A stretch of DNA of 64,000 nucleotides from the NCBI GenBank assembly GCA_020891255.1, contig BQFW01000011.1, positions 1,054,001 through 1,118,000 on the forward strand, read 5' to 3'. This DNA is from Entomortierella parvispora E1425. Its lineage: Eukaryota > Fungi > Mortierellomycota. Shown one piece after another: positions 49,950 to 64,000 of the stretch (positions are counted from its first letter, which is position 1; each line of letters begins with the position of its first letter). The notes beneath the pieces were generated by a model, which made no database searches, was not told where the DNA came from, and saw only the letters and a program-made list of their open reading frames with translations. Made by a program: the position numbers and the translations under genes.

Positions 49950-50720
49950 ATAGATGGGATCGACGTCTAAAAATCCAGTATTAGGCTGATCTTTCCTATC
50001 GAGCATAAAAGAGAGTCGCTCCTTGTTCTGAACAGTGTAGTCCGGCACATCCGATTTGTTGGAGATATATTGAAAGACCACCGTGTCTCTCTCAACGAGG
50101 TCGTAGCCAAGGCGGACGTGGTCCAGGATCCATTTTCGCTCCTGTATTGAGCCTGAGTGATGTTAGGGAAACATCAGCTACAATGTCTGCATTGTAGATT
50201 GTGAATGGGGATTTGCTTGATCCTTTCCCGCCTCATCTTCTGACCCGCACGAACGTAATTGCCTTCGGCAGTTCTTTTGGCTGTGTTATAATTAGGGTAC
50301 TCATGATTGCTCCACATGGAGAGGATTGCTCCCGATACCGCATCAGAACGGAACCGTACCAAGACCGCTCGAGTCGAAACTCGTAGGAGAACATGTGGTA
50401 TTGGCAGATTAAGCGGATAATATCCCCGTCTGATTCTGGAGTAAGTGACGACCAGTCTCTGTTTATGGGTCTGGATGCTTCAATGTTTCGATAAAAGAAG
50501 CTCGAATGAACTCTTCCACATCCGAGACGATGACCCAATCCACTTCCTTGGGCTTGACTGCATTGAGGGCCAAGGCCAGTCTATTGTTCCTGGAATAGAA
50601 TTCAGCTCGCCATGCTCCAACTGCCTCGAAGCGGTACTCTTTTTGCTCCTCGACAGACATGTTCGGGATGATGATATGGACAGTCTTGTCTTTAATGTTG
50701 TCCACAATGCCACACGTATG
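49950..50720 (-). pseudogene. Glycosyltransferase family 17 (MGAT3-like) pseudogene fragment, copy B
   Basis: DWVIVSDVEEFIR, stop at 50463, YHMFSYEF, HCS*CFPNI (TGA at 50174 where Trp is expected), KERLSFMLDRKDQPNTGFLDV; frameshifts between blocks. Confidence 0.75.
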
Positions 50721-50781
50721 TATTGATCAGCTCCTTGAGCTGTGTCCTGCGAGCAGTATAAGGAGGAGCAATCTATTCAAC

Positions 50782-51292
50782 CTAATCTTCTCCCGCAAAT
50801 GCATGGATGGGATTGACATTCACAAAGCCAGCGCTCATATTGTCTTTTCTTTCGCTCATATTGTCTTTTCTTTCCAGCATGAACGAGAGGCGGCCCTTGT
50901 TGTTGAGAATACGATTTGGTATGTCTACGTTGCTGGCGACACAATCGTAAACCATCCGGTGCCCGTCGCGGTCAAAGAGGTCATGGCCATTTTTGACTCG
51001 AATTTTCTCCCCATTACATGCCTTCCACTCTTGATGAGACCACGCCCTAATCTTGTATCGGAATTGTGTGATGTTGGGGAGTAATGGCGATACTCCAACT
51101 TGTACAATGGACTCTGCTTGATCCTTTCCACCCTCAGAGCTGTCCAGTTAGTTGATGATAAGGGCCTCCAGTCTCCTTGGATGTGCTTAGATCCCGTTAG
51201 CTGGGTTCTTGCCACTGTAGGCCACAAAAACACCTGCTCATACATTTCATTCGGCGTTCTCTCGTCATGCACAATGTCAGATACCCCCTCCG
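50782..51292 (-). pseudogene. GT17 pseudogene fragment (C-terminal half), copy A
   Basis: LWPTVART, LIKSGRHVMGR, a frameshift, then VDIPNRILNNKGRLSFMLERKD...AGFVNV, paralogous to the end of copy B. Contains a 21-bp tandem duplication at 50832-50873. Confidence 0.6.
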
Positions 51293-51449
51293 CTACAGAG
51301 ACAAAATGCAAAATAGAACGAAAAGGGAGTGATGGGTACTGAACAACAAAAAAAAAAAAAAAAAGAAAAAAGAATACCTTTATTTCTTTGTTGCTAGAAA
51401 GACAAGTTTCCTTGGTAGCAACTCATTCCTGACTCCTATCAGGCTGTTG

Positions 51450-53524
51450 TCAAACTAATCTATATCGTTCCACGATCCAAACGGGATCGTTACAAGCACT
51501 GGGAATCCTCTTTGGGAGAGTCAACTTTATGCAGGGATCGTGAATCTCCACACGATCCAATATCTTGAGTGTGGACCAATTGAACAAGTTCGAAAAGATT
51601 ATCGTGAAAGCTGTATTTGAGCCTTGAGATTCCATAGATGACCAAACAGGCCCCTGAACGGCTGATGCTGCGGGTGTTGCACAATCCACAGACCTGTCGT
51701 TGATGCCACTCGTGTCGCTGATAGTTGTCGGTACGTTAATACTAGTCTTAAAACAACCAACTTCGTTGTTAATATCCTCCACCCCGTTCAATGTATTTTT
51801 TGTCCTGGAGTTGCATTCATATCCTCCATAGCTAGCCTCTTCCTCATCATATTCGTCTTCCGATCCTTGAGAACTCTTCAAATATCGGAGAGAGCCCTCC
51901 AACACAGCACTGGACTGTTGCGCATTCTGTCCTGGCGGAGGGACCTGGCTAGACAAAGCACCAGAAGGATGTCCGAAGATAGATCCCTGAGAGGAAATAA
52001 CGTAGAGGCCATGCAAATTCTTTTCCAGACCATAGAGGGGGTCTTCATGGTCTATTGAAATGTTCGCTTCGACCGATCCCGTTACTTGTTTCGAAGGCCA
52101 CGTTTCCTCTATCGCCGTGGATTCTGAAGTTGCTCCTGAAGTTGTAGGTCCAGTATATCCGTATCCAAATTTCTTTACTTCCACAGTGTCTCCAGGATAT
52201 CCAGATGTCTGTCTCGCTCCAAATGGTAACTGGTTGTTCCCAGAGCAGATGACCTTGCATTGACACAACTGAAGTCCATGGCTATTTGAGATATGTGTAA
52301 TGACGACTGTCGCCAAGGGTTCCATAGCTCCAAAGATTTTCTCTACAGGGTGATCAAATGCTGGTCAGACTCCATGCCGATTTGCAAGTATTGGATCCTG
52401 CCAAGGATAAACGTACCTTTGCGCATAGTAGTGTTAGCCCATTCGGCATAGCCAGATCTCTGACGAGTCACGGTGTCGAATAGTCGCTCCGCATAGCCTC
52501 CACTACAAACAAAGTAATATGTTAGAATTGTCGAAGATAGCTGTACAGTGCAGCGGAAAAGCCCCAAGTACATACAGCACCAAAGGCGGAGAGAATGATT
52601 GCTTCCTGCTATGGCTCATAGTCCTGGGAGTAGTTTGACGGGGAATGACGGATGTGTTTGCGACTTTCGCGAGACTTTGATAACTGGGTCCAATCGTTGA
52701 TGTACTAGCCCTAGACGGTTGTCGATTGGAGATGTCGTGTAGAGACTTTGCAATTCCAGAGGGTCTCCGATAGTTTGGACTTGCTGTCGTTGCGATCCGA
52801 GGCAACTGACCGTGGTCTGGAGTCTTTACGGGTGCAGAGGGTCTTCGATGTTTCGGCAAGGCGCCTGTTATACTAGGATATCCCGATGGTTGGCTGTGGA
52901 CAACATGCAAAGACCTTGCGATATCTGAAGGTTTTTGAAAGTGGGGAACGGTGTCCATTGCTGTGGGGACAGCTGACTGTTGTTGGCTTCGAGAGACTTT
53001 CTGGTTGTGCAGTTGTTGGGTTTGAGAGACCCTCTCGCTGAACGACGAAGCTTGGGATTGAGATAAAGCTTTCAGACCTAATCCAAGCTGTCGAGAAAGT
53101 TGAGATATGGAGGTTCTCTGCTGCGACTGAGAAGGACTTCTTTGAGCAGACACCTTGCGGGGGACGTCTGGATGAACTTCCTCCTAGAAAATCAAGGTGT
53201 GGTTGGTTAGGCCAAGATTGCTATTTTTTTGTTCTCCAAACAGAGTGAGAGACGGTGATATGAGACTACACGCACAATCCTGCGTTTGAGAGACTGCCGT
53301 CGCTGCAAGAGGGGGCCGTTGGATGGCGGTCCCATCGATCCTCTGGAGACATCCTGAACATGGCGGCGAGATTGTGGCTTTCGGCGGACATTGTCAAATG
53401 AAAAATGCATGTTTCGCGCGTTGGTCAAGGTCAGATTCTGCTGTGATGGCGACTTTGAGGATGCCCCGGTAGCGGTAGATTCCAAGGCGGAATCATGGGC
53501 AAACACAGAGGCTGATGGGTCCAT
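51450..53524 (-). CDS. SPIDR/DUF4502-like protein, 4 exons
   Basis: Spliced product has a disordered N-terminus, then LVLGGYAERLFDTVTRQRSGYAEW, LATVVITHI...LCQCK and FTIIFS...DRVEIHDPCIKLTLP...PVWIVERY, in the same order as remembered SPIDR blocks. The gene call is solid; the family call is tentative. Confidence 0.5.
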
Positions 53525-53970
53525 CCTGTTCCAAGCAGAGCTTGAGTGTGTCGTTGAAGAAAGAATGGGAGAAGAAAGGGAAAGGGCGAAGGACGGGCGA
53601 GCACAATAGTGAACAAAGGCGCATCTGTCTTGACAGGTGGTGCCACCAAAAATATATTTCAGCGCTGAAAGTGTCTCTCTCTCTTTGCTTTGCTTTGCCT
53701 TGTTTTGCGTGGCTCCTTCTTCTCTTCTCTTCACAGCCTGCCTGCCTGCCTGCCTTCCCCTTGTTATTCCCTTCCCTTCGCTATCTTCTCTCTCTGTCTC
53801 CTTTCCCGCACTCATTTCATTTTCTCCTTCTCTCCTTCTCTCCGTCTCGTCTCGTGCTCCCGTACTCTCATTGTTCATTGTCTCTCTCTTTCTATCACTC
53901 CCTTGAAATCGACTGCATCGCGCTTTTTCTATTTTCTTCTCTCACTCTCTCACGTACTCTCCCTGCTGAC

Positions 53971-56966
53971 ATGGCCTCCTTGCAAGGACGACGACCCGTG
54001 CGCGGCAAAATCAGACCTCCCCAACGCAAGGTAAATCACAAAAAAAAAAAATCTCACGGATGCGTTTACAAGCGAAAGGAGGGACGCGGCTAATGATCCC
54101 GGTGGCCACAAAGCAGTAGAGTTCTAATTGGAGTTCAATTGTCGTTCATTGTTTTTTTCTTTTTTTTTTTTTGTCTAGACTTCGTCAGAAGACTACTTTC
54201 AGGAAATATGGAAGACCTTAGCCGATGCCATCGTGACTATCCATGACCAAAAGGCCAACACACTCTCTTTTGAGGAGCTTTACCGGTGTGGATTCAACCT
54301 GGTCATCCAGAAATGCGGCGACAAGCTGTACAGTGGCGTCAGGGACCTGATCGAAATGCACCTGGACTCAGAGGCGGAATACAAGATAGCGCCCATCCTG
54401 GGTATTGCAGACACATCGCCATCGGAGGGAGCGCAGGTGCTGAAGGTGGTGCAAAGCATCTGGAAGCACCACATCACCTGCCTGCTGTTGATCAGCTCCA
54501 TCCTTGTTCACATGGTACGACCTTTGGATGTGGGACTCGGTGAACCCCCTACGCCGTTACGGATTGATTTGATGACGCTGGGTCAATGCATCTGACACGG
54601 CAGGAAAAAAATACGGTCTGACCCCCTCTCTCAATCAATTGAAATGTAGGACAAGAATTATGTCCCCCAAAGCAGACTTCCAAAGACATACGACATGGGC
54701 CTCTATCTCTTCCGGGATACAGTCATTCGTTCACCAAAGCTTCCCATTCAGTCTCACCTGCAGATGGTTCTTCTCGACCAGATTACTATGGAGCGTCGAG
54801 GCGATGTTATTGACCGCGGGGCAGTCAAAGCATGCATTGAGATGCTGCTTGAAATGAGAGAGAATAACGGAATCGATCCTATCTATATCGCCGACTTTGA
54901 AAATCTCTTTGTCGAAACAAGTCGTGAATTCTACAAAGTGGAGAGCGAAGATCTAGTTCGGAAATTTGACCCGCCAGAGTACATGCGCAAGGTAAGAAGC
55001 GTGGTTTAAGGCTTGTTAAAAGCTGACGACTTTGGGCATATCTAATCATACCACACGTATATGTTTAGGTTGAAAACAGACTAGAAGAGGAACAATTACG
55101 GTGCTCCCATTATCTCACCGAGAAGACAGAGCCCAAAATCCGACTTATCGTGGAGCAAGAGATGATAGCGAAACATTTGCGCACCGTTATTGAGATGGAA
55201 AACTGGGGCTTGAAGCAGCTACTCGTCAACAGTCGACTGGAAGGTGTGTAAATTCGTTAATGCATGTCGAACTTTTTACTTCGCTTTACGGATATTTATT
55301 CCCGCTTCTTTTTTAGATCTGGATCGGATGTACCGTCTTTTTGGTAGAGTTCCAAATGGGTCAAAAGAACTCCAAGTAGGCGTGGCAGAGTACATCAAGG
55401 ACTGTGGAAGGGCAATCAATGACAACGTCAACACCTCCACCATTGAAGTCACGGATAAAGGAACACCTGTCGGCGTCGCCCTGGCGCTACGATGGGTTCA
55501 GGATGTCCTTGACCTGAAAGATAGGATGAATATCATTCTCGGCGCGGCGTTTGCCAAGAGCAAGTCGTTCGAAAACTCCATCAACCAGGCGTTCGAGAAC
55601 TTCGTCAACCTCAACCCAAAGGCACCAGAATTCATGTCTCTCTTTATCGACAATAAGTTAAAGAAGGATTTTAAAGGGGTAGGCAAACTTAAGCAGGACT
55701 GATATGAGATGGCGATGAGTTTGTTTCTGTTGGAGCTGCTATGTTAACATTTGCTCTTAATCTAGAAATCTGACGATGAGATTGATACTATTTTGAACAA
55801 GACGACAATGTTGTTCCGATTCCTCTCAGACAAGGACATCTTCGAGAGATACTACAAACAACACCTTTCAAATCGATTGCTCCACCAGAGGTCATTGAGC
55901 GACGAAGTTGAGCGTGGAATGATTTCAAAGCTGAAGGTTGAGTGCGGCTATCAATTCACATCAAAGCTGGAAGGAATGTTTACGGATATGCGGCTCTCTG
56001 TCGATACTATGGCATCTTTCAAAGAGTTCCAAGAAAAGGCTGTGGAGGTTCCACCCGTTGAACTAAATGTCACAGTCTTGACATCAACATTCTGGCCAGT
56101 TTCAACAGCGCCCATTCCATGCAATCTCCCAACCGAGTTTTTGGCAGCCACCAAGGTCTTTGAACGATTTTATACTTCTCGGCATAATGGCAGGAAATTG
56201 ACTTGGCATTCGACAATGGTAAGGATATGCTTTGTTCTTCCTGATCGAAGAGGGAACCCGAGTCTGACAGCTTCGAGTTGCTTTTTTTAGGGTAATGTCG
56301 ACTTGCGAGCTACATTCAACGCAAGGAAGCACGAGCTCAACGTGTCCACTATGGCGGCTGTAGTGCTACTTATCTTCAATGATCGACCAGAGGAGGAGGC
56401 ACTTTCTTATACCACGATTGAACAAGAGACTGGACTTCCTGCTGAGAACGTGAAGCGAACATTACAGTCTGTTGCCTGTGGCAAGTTCAAGATACTGATC
56501 AAAGAGCCAAAGTCGAGGGATATCAACGAAACAGATACTTTCAGGTTCAATGCCGCTTTCTCTGAAAAGCTTTCGCGCATTAAGATTCAGACCGTTGCGT
56601 CCAAGGTGGAGACGGCTGTGGAATTGAAGGAGACACATGAGAAAGTGGAAGATTCACGCAAGCACATGACGGAGGCGGCAATTGTAAGGGTCATGAAGAA
56701 CCGCAAATCACTGGACCACAACAATCTGGTGACCGAGGTCATTTCTCAGCTGCAGGGGCGGTTTAGCCCCGCGCCGGCCATGATCAAGAAGAGAATCGAG
56801 GCATTGATAGACCGCGAGTACCTGGAGCGGGCGCCTGGAGATCGGTAAGTGTGTTCTCCTTTTTCTTCTCTTGGCTCTGGAAGATGTTCTGCTAGAGCTG
56901 TGGACTGACCTACGTGTTTTTTCTTCCTTCTTGCCTGCCAGGACAACTTACAACTATGTGGCATGA
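53971..56966 (+). CDS. CUL3: Cullin-3, multi-exon
   Basis: GKIRPP N-terminus, LSFEELYRCGFNLV, PEFMSLFIDNKLKK, DKDIFERYYKQHL..RLL, ECGYQFTSKLEGMFTD, EAAIVRVMKNRK (neddylation site), LIDREYLER, last exon RTTYNYVA*. Confidence 0.95.
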
Positions 56967-57257
56967 TCACGCGCCTGGGCGCGCCAATAAAATCACGTGT
57001 ACATCACTGACGATGGAGACATGCATTGCTCTCATCTCCTTCTTTCTCCCTTCCTCTCATTCACTCTCCTTCATCCACCAACACTATCACTCACAGGCAC
57101 TCATACACTCATACACCCATACAGACAAATACTTGACCTTAGCAATTGCCACGGACGCAGCATAGAAATTGGACATTCTCACTGCTAAACCTTCGAAGTC
57201 ATACCGTTACATTCGTTTTTCAAAGGCTCATTTCCGCATTCGCTTGCCCGCTCAACA

Positions 57258-59892
<2,635 letters not shown>

Positions 59893-60366
59893 CACTTTTG
59901 CTGAAATAAACGAAGATATCCTTTTTTTTTTTTTTTTTTTTGATGAGCGACTGAGAGTGTCCCCCGCTTGTGGTGGACACGTTGCTGTAGGGGATCAAAT
60001 ATATTAGCATGCACTTGATGCATTACAAAGAGAAGGAAGCCGACACGTCAAAAGGGCGGCAATGTCCTGGTACTTTCATGAAGGCAGGTGTCAAGACTTT
60101 CCAGTGGTAAAGATAAAAGGCGCGGAAGATCGTTTTATTGACAGTAGTTCCTTAGAGGTTGAACGGAGATATAAAATCCATGTCCAGGTCGGAACTCGTG
60201 TGCTCGGTTCATGCAATAAGGCTTCCAAGAGACACTTTTTTTTGGTCTTTCTTTTTTTTTTTTTTTTTTTTTTTTTTGAAAGATGACGAAGAAGCGCGTG
60301 GTGGCTTGAGATTGCTGTTATCGTGGTTCAAGCCAGTCATCGAGTTGATCAAGATATCCCCCAACT

Positions 60367-63288
60367 CTAGGCCGGGCTGTTTCGGTGTGCAGACATTCGG
60401 CGACGAGCAGATTCGTGGCTGGCTTCTTTGCACTGGACATTTCGCTTGGGAAATGGCTCCTCCAGGCCAACGTTTGGCCCACTCGTGAAGAAAATTTTAG
60501 GGCGGTAACTCGGGTCTTCTTCCATCACACTAGAGAACAACAATATGAGACAGTCAGTACCATTGCCTCTTTGTGTACCCGCTCATAACATTGCCTGACG
60601 CACCTGGAATTTCGAAATTTTTCGACCAAGGCCTGTCTGCCTTGAATGTTGGCGTAAGATAGACTGCAGATTTTATCCGAGTTGAATCGAGACCATTTCT
60701 TGCCGACATGGCTCTCGATGAAGGAGCCGATGACACTATAATAAGAAAAGAAAGCAGATCAGTTTGACTGGAAAAAAGTAGTGAATAGTAGCCCAAAGCT
60801 CAGACAGTTTACTCTGTGTTGATAAAGTTGATGAAAGCATAGCCAACGTTGCACTTATTCTTGAAGTCCATTCTCAAGTAGAGGAAATCGAATTTGCCAA
60901 AGTGCGTTTCATTAATGCACTCTAGCAGCATCTCCTACAAAGAGTCATAGAATTTGATAGTGAGATCGACTTGGAATACACGATTTGATGCTTGGTTGAT
61001 TGAGGTGAACTACCTGCGTGTATTTGTTGGGGATGTTACGGATCATGTAGGTAGTACGTTTGTCGACTACTATATAACAGGGGCTGGGATAAGTCATCGT
61101 GGCAAAATAAACATCATATAACCCCCAACTTTTTTTACCTTCTTGAGATGGAGCCATCTTGTCATCTTTTTCAGATATGTGCACCTCTGAAGTCTCTGCT
61201 TTGGATTCCTCTATCGCTGGGGACCTGGTCTGCTTTGGGTCAATCTGCTTATCTTTATCGGGCGAAGAAGCAGACCATACGTTGTTCGCTTTGTTGTTGG
61301 ATGGAATAGCTTCTGCAGAGTCTTGGGAAAGATATGACTTTTGCGTGCAAGACGCCTCTTGGTGTGTAGTCAAAAACATGGTTGTTTGCGACTTCCCATG
61401 TGAGCTGGAGTTGGCATCGGCGGGAATATTGTGCTGAATCTGAACGTTGGTTTGATGAAGGTACATTGGCAGGGCGGGCGTGTTGTCCCCATTCAAAATG
61501 TCGTTCAATAGAGGTGTGGTGTTTGAGGAGCAAGCGCTCAACTCAACCTGAGGAAAGGGAACTTTCAAGTGCGTGGCTCGATCTTGCTGATAAAACGAAA
61601 CATTGCAACGGATTTTCTTCTATTAAACCAAAAGAATCAAAGATCAGTGTGGTGTAACGACACTCCAGAGCTCATTATTAATGTTTAAACATCGCTTACC
61701 TGTCGGTGTAGATCTTCAAGGGTTGCCTTTGCAGATGCTGCCTTGCGAATGTCATGGTATTCGACTAAAGCCTGAGGTGGCCAGTCACCGCCTTCGATTT
61801 GAAATGAACGCACTTCGCCATATGAGGACAGAAGGCGCTTGAAATATCCATAAAGTTAATATCCTTGTTCTTCAGTCGGTTGAAAGCTGCATCAACATTA
61901 CTTACCAAAAGTTCATTATCACTGAGCCGTGGGCAGTGCACCGATACAGAGAGGAGACCTTCGTTCCCGTATTCCAAGATATCGTGAGAGACCTAGCATG
62001 CAATACCGTGAGTTTTTTTTCTCGTTTTTTTCTTTGATTCTTAGTTCTGATATTGTACCTGCGACAATGTAGATCTTGAGCAAAAGTAGACTTTGATGGT
62101 GGTGGCTTTAAAAGTCTCATTTGAATGCAGTTTCCTCGCGGCTGCTATTGCATGTCGAATATCGAAAAATTCAAGAAAAATGACCCCATCGCTTCCCAGG
62201 AAGGCGGTGAAAATGCCCTTGAGGTCGCCATAGCACTATTTCCAGTGCAATAATGTCGTGTGAGCACCCTTACGTTGCTTCATATCGACAAGAACTTGCA
62301 TTTCACCTTATTTTACCTTGAATGCGTCTCGGGCTACCCAGATGGACATGTCCCTCGGAACACAAGAGACTTTTAAGAAGCGCGTAGGTGTACTGGATTC
62401 ACAGGCCGAGACATCAAACATCCTCTTGTTTGGTGAGTCTGATAATGGCTGAAAAGTTGAATTGAGGCCGCTTGTCATCTTCTCAAAATCACTCGTGGGA
62501 CTAGGCTGAATCGGATCGCCTCTCTCCAAAGCAAAGTTCTGTAAAGTGTTATCGACAGAATATGAGGGGAGGGATGGCAAAAGCGTAAAGGTTGTGTTGT
62601 TGGCGGTCCTGTTTAGTTTGTAATGGGGATCCCAAGAGGAGTCCTCGTCGTGCAATAGAAGGGAGCGACTAAGCAAAGGGTTGTTTCCGAGAGCGACAAA
62701 CTCTGATGAACGTCCATAGTTTCCTTCAAGTGCAGGGCTATGATACGTCAAAGAGGTCGTTGCCTCTCTGGTGATTTGGACGCCTTCCGGTGGGGTGATT
62801 TTCTTTCCAGCAGTGCGGCCGTTCCATGGTGTGTAAAAGGAACCGGTAAGTCCAGGGGGTGGATTCACCGTTCGGGTGATTTCAGGATCAGCGGGCTGAG
62901 TAATTTCCGAAGGCCCTAGTATGACGTGTGTGTCGTTCTGGTAGATTCGTCTCTCGGCCACGCTATGAGTGCGATTCAGACTCTCGTACTGATGCGGCCG
63001 TCCAAGGTCTTGCCAGTGTCGATGGTCATACTGTTATGGAAATGAATCAGATATGGTTAGGTAATCAGTCATCTTTGCGCCTCTTTTTTCGTCGCAAATA
63101 ATGATGTCAACTGCCCGGTGAGTCCTTACAGGTAGGTTGCTGGAACTGAAAGAAAGATGTCTGCGTGTGGCGACACGCTGGGAGTTGGTTGGAACAAGTG
63201 AGCTGTCGAGCTGAAACTCGCTGTCTGAGAGAGATCCAGTGGTAGGGTCCTCTGTGAAGCGGCGAGAGCGCGAACCAAATCCCTGCAT
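60367..63288 (-). CDS. Mei2-like RRM protein (Mei2 C-terminal RRM); start approximate
   Basis: DKRTTYMIRNIPNKYTQ|, FDFLYLRMDFKNKCNVGYAFINF, KWSRFNSDKICSLSYANIQG.QALVEKFRNS|SVMEEDPSYRPKIF, plus upstream RRM-like FLEFFDIRHA. Confidence 0.9.
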
Positions 63289-64000
63289 AGTGATGTTGAT
63301 CGCTGTGAAGTATTGGGAAGGGGGAGAAGTTCCTTTTGATGTTATGGTGTCTCAAAGGGCTGACAAGAGTTAGATGTGAGTGTGGTCTACAGCCGGAGCT
63401 GAGCAAATGATTTGTGCTGAATAAAGTGGGAAGACCCTGGTTGACTACTATTCATCGATAGAGTTGGAGGATATAATCGTGTTGGTTTTTCGTAAACACA
63501 ATTCTCAATTTATACAGATCTCCTTCAAAGGGAAAGGAATCCAAGTTACCAGCTGTGGACTCGGAAAGGCAAGGACGAGAAAGGATCCAAAATCAGATGC
63601 GACAGATTATCGAAAATCTGCATTAAGAATACGAGGCGATGTAGGGTTAGTAGGAAAGACTTGGATAGCTGCTATGTTAACATTAGGGCTATGTGCAGTC
63701 GAGGAGAGGGAGCATGAGTCTTTACAAATGCACCATCGTCAAAATGTGGCGACCGCAGCACTTTGAACAAATCAGGGAAGAACAAATTGAAGGCAGGGCC
63801 GTCAAATCAGCCCGTTATCAAAGTACCAAACATGTACTCGGACAAGTAAGGCAGGGGGGAAGGGAGCAGGTGCCCGTGAGAGCATGAACGGGTTGACAGA
63901 GAGTGGATGTCGCCCAAGGGTCGGAGACACAAAAAACAAGGGTCCGAGCCAAGACTTTCCCTTGAACTCTTTGTTGTTTTTATTTTCGACAACAATGACA

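Overview
Gene-dense (about 50% GC) eukaryotic window with short GT-AG introns and long poly-A/T runs. The gene content looks like an early-diverging fungus, probably Mortierellomycotina-like (inference). It carries about 22 protein-coding genes, mostly housekeeping: Ess1/Pin1, a PXA-RGS-PX sorting nexin, a DHHC palmitoyltransferase, quinone oxidoreductase, a RhoGAP-fold protein, a P450, GT34, an importin-13/Mtr10-like karyopherin, PHB1, an Arc1/EMAP-II-like tRNA-binding protein, an EXPERA/TMEM97-like protein, GRASP, Sec2, an amino-acid permease, Cul3, a PHAF1-like protein and a Mei2-like protein. There is also a head-to-head tRNA-His/tRNA-Thr pair. The main accessory signal is at the left edge: a decayed Fanzor (eukaryotic TnpB-like RNA-guided nuclease) whose RuvC-I/II/III and zinc-ribbon motifs can be traced across frameshifts and which appears to have a spliced C-terminal tail with an NLS. 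Other notable items are a thioredoxin-SHP-UBX fusion, a SPIDR/DUF4502-like protein, a 1,046-nt AG-free stretch containing a microsatellite made of splice-signal-like words, a recurrent GTCACGTG promoter motif, two tandem GT17 pseudogene fragments and a GC-AG intron. All exon joins and family calls were made by eye from the sequence and remembered motifs; no database search was run.
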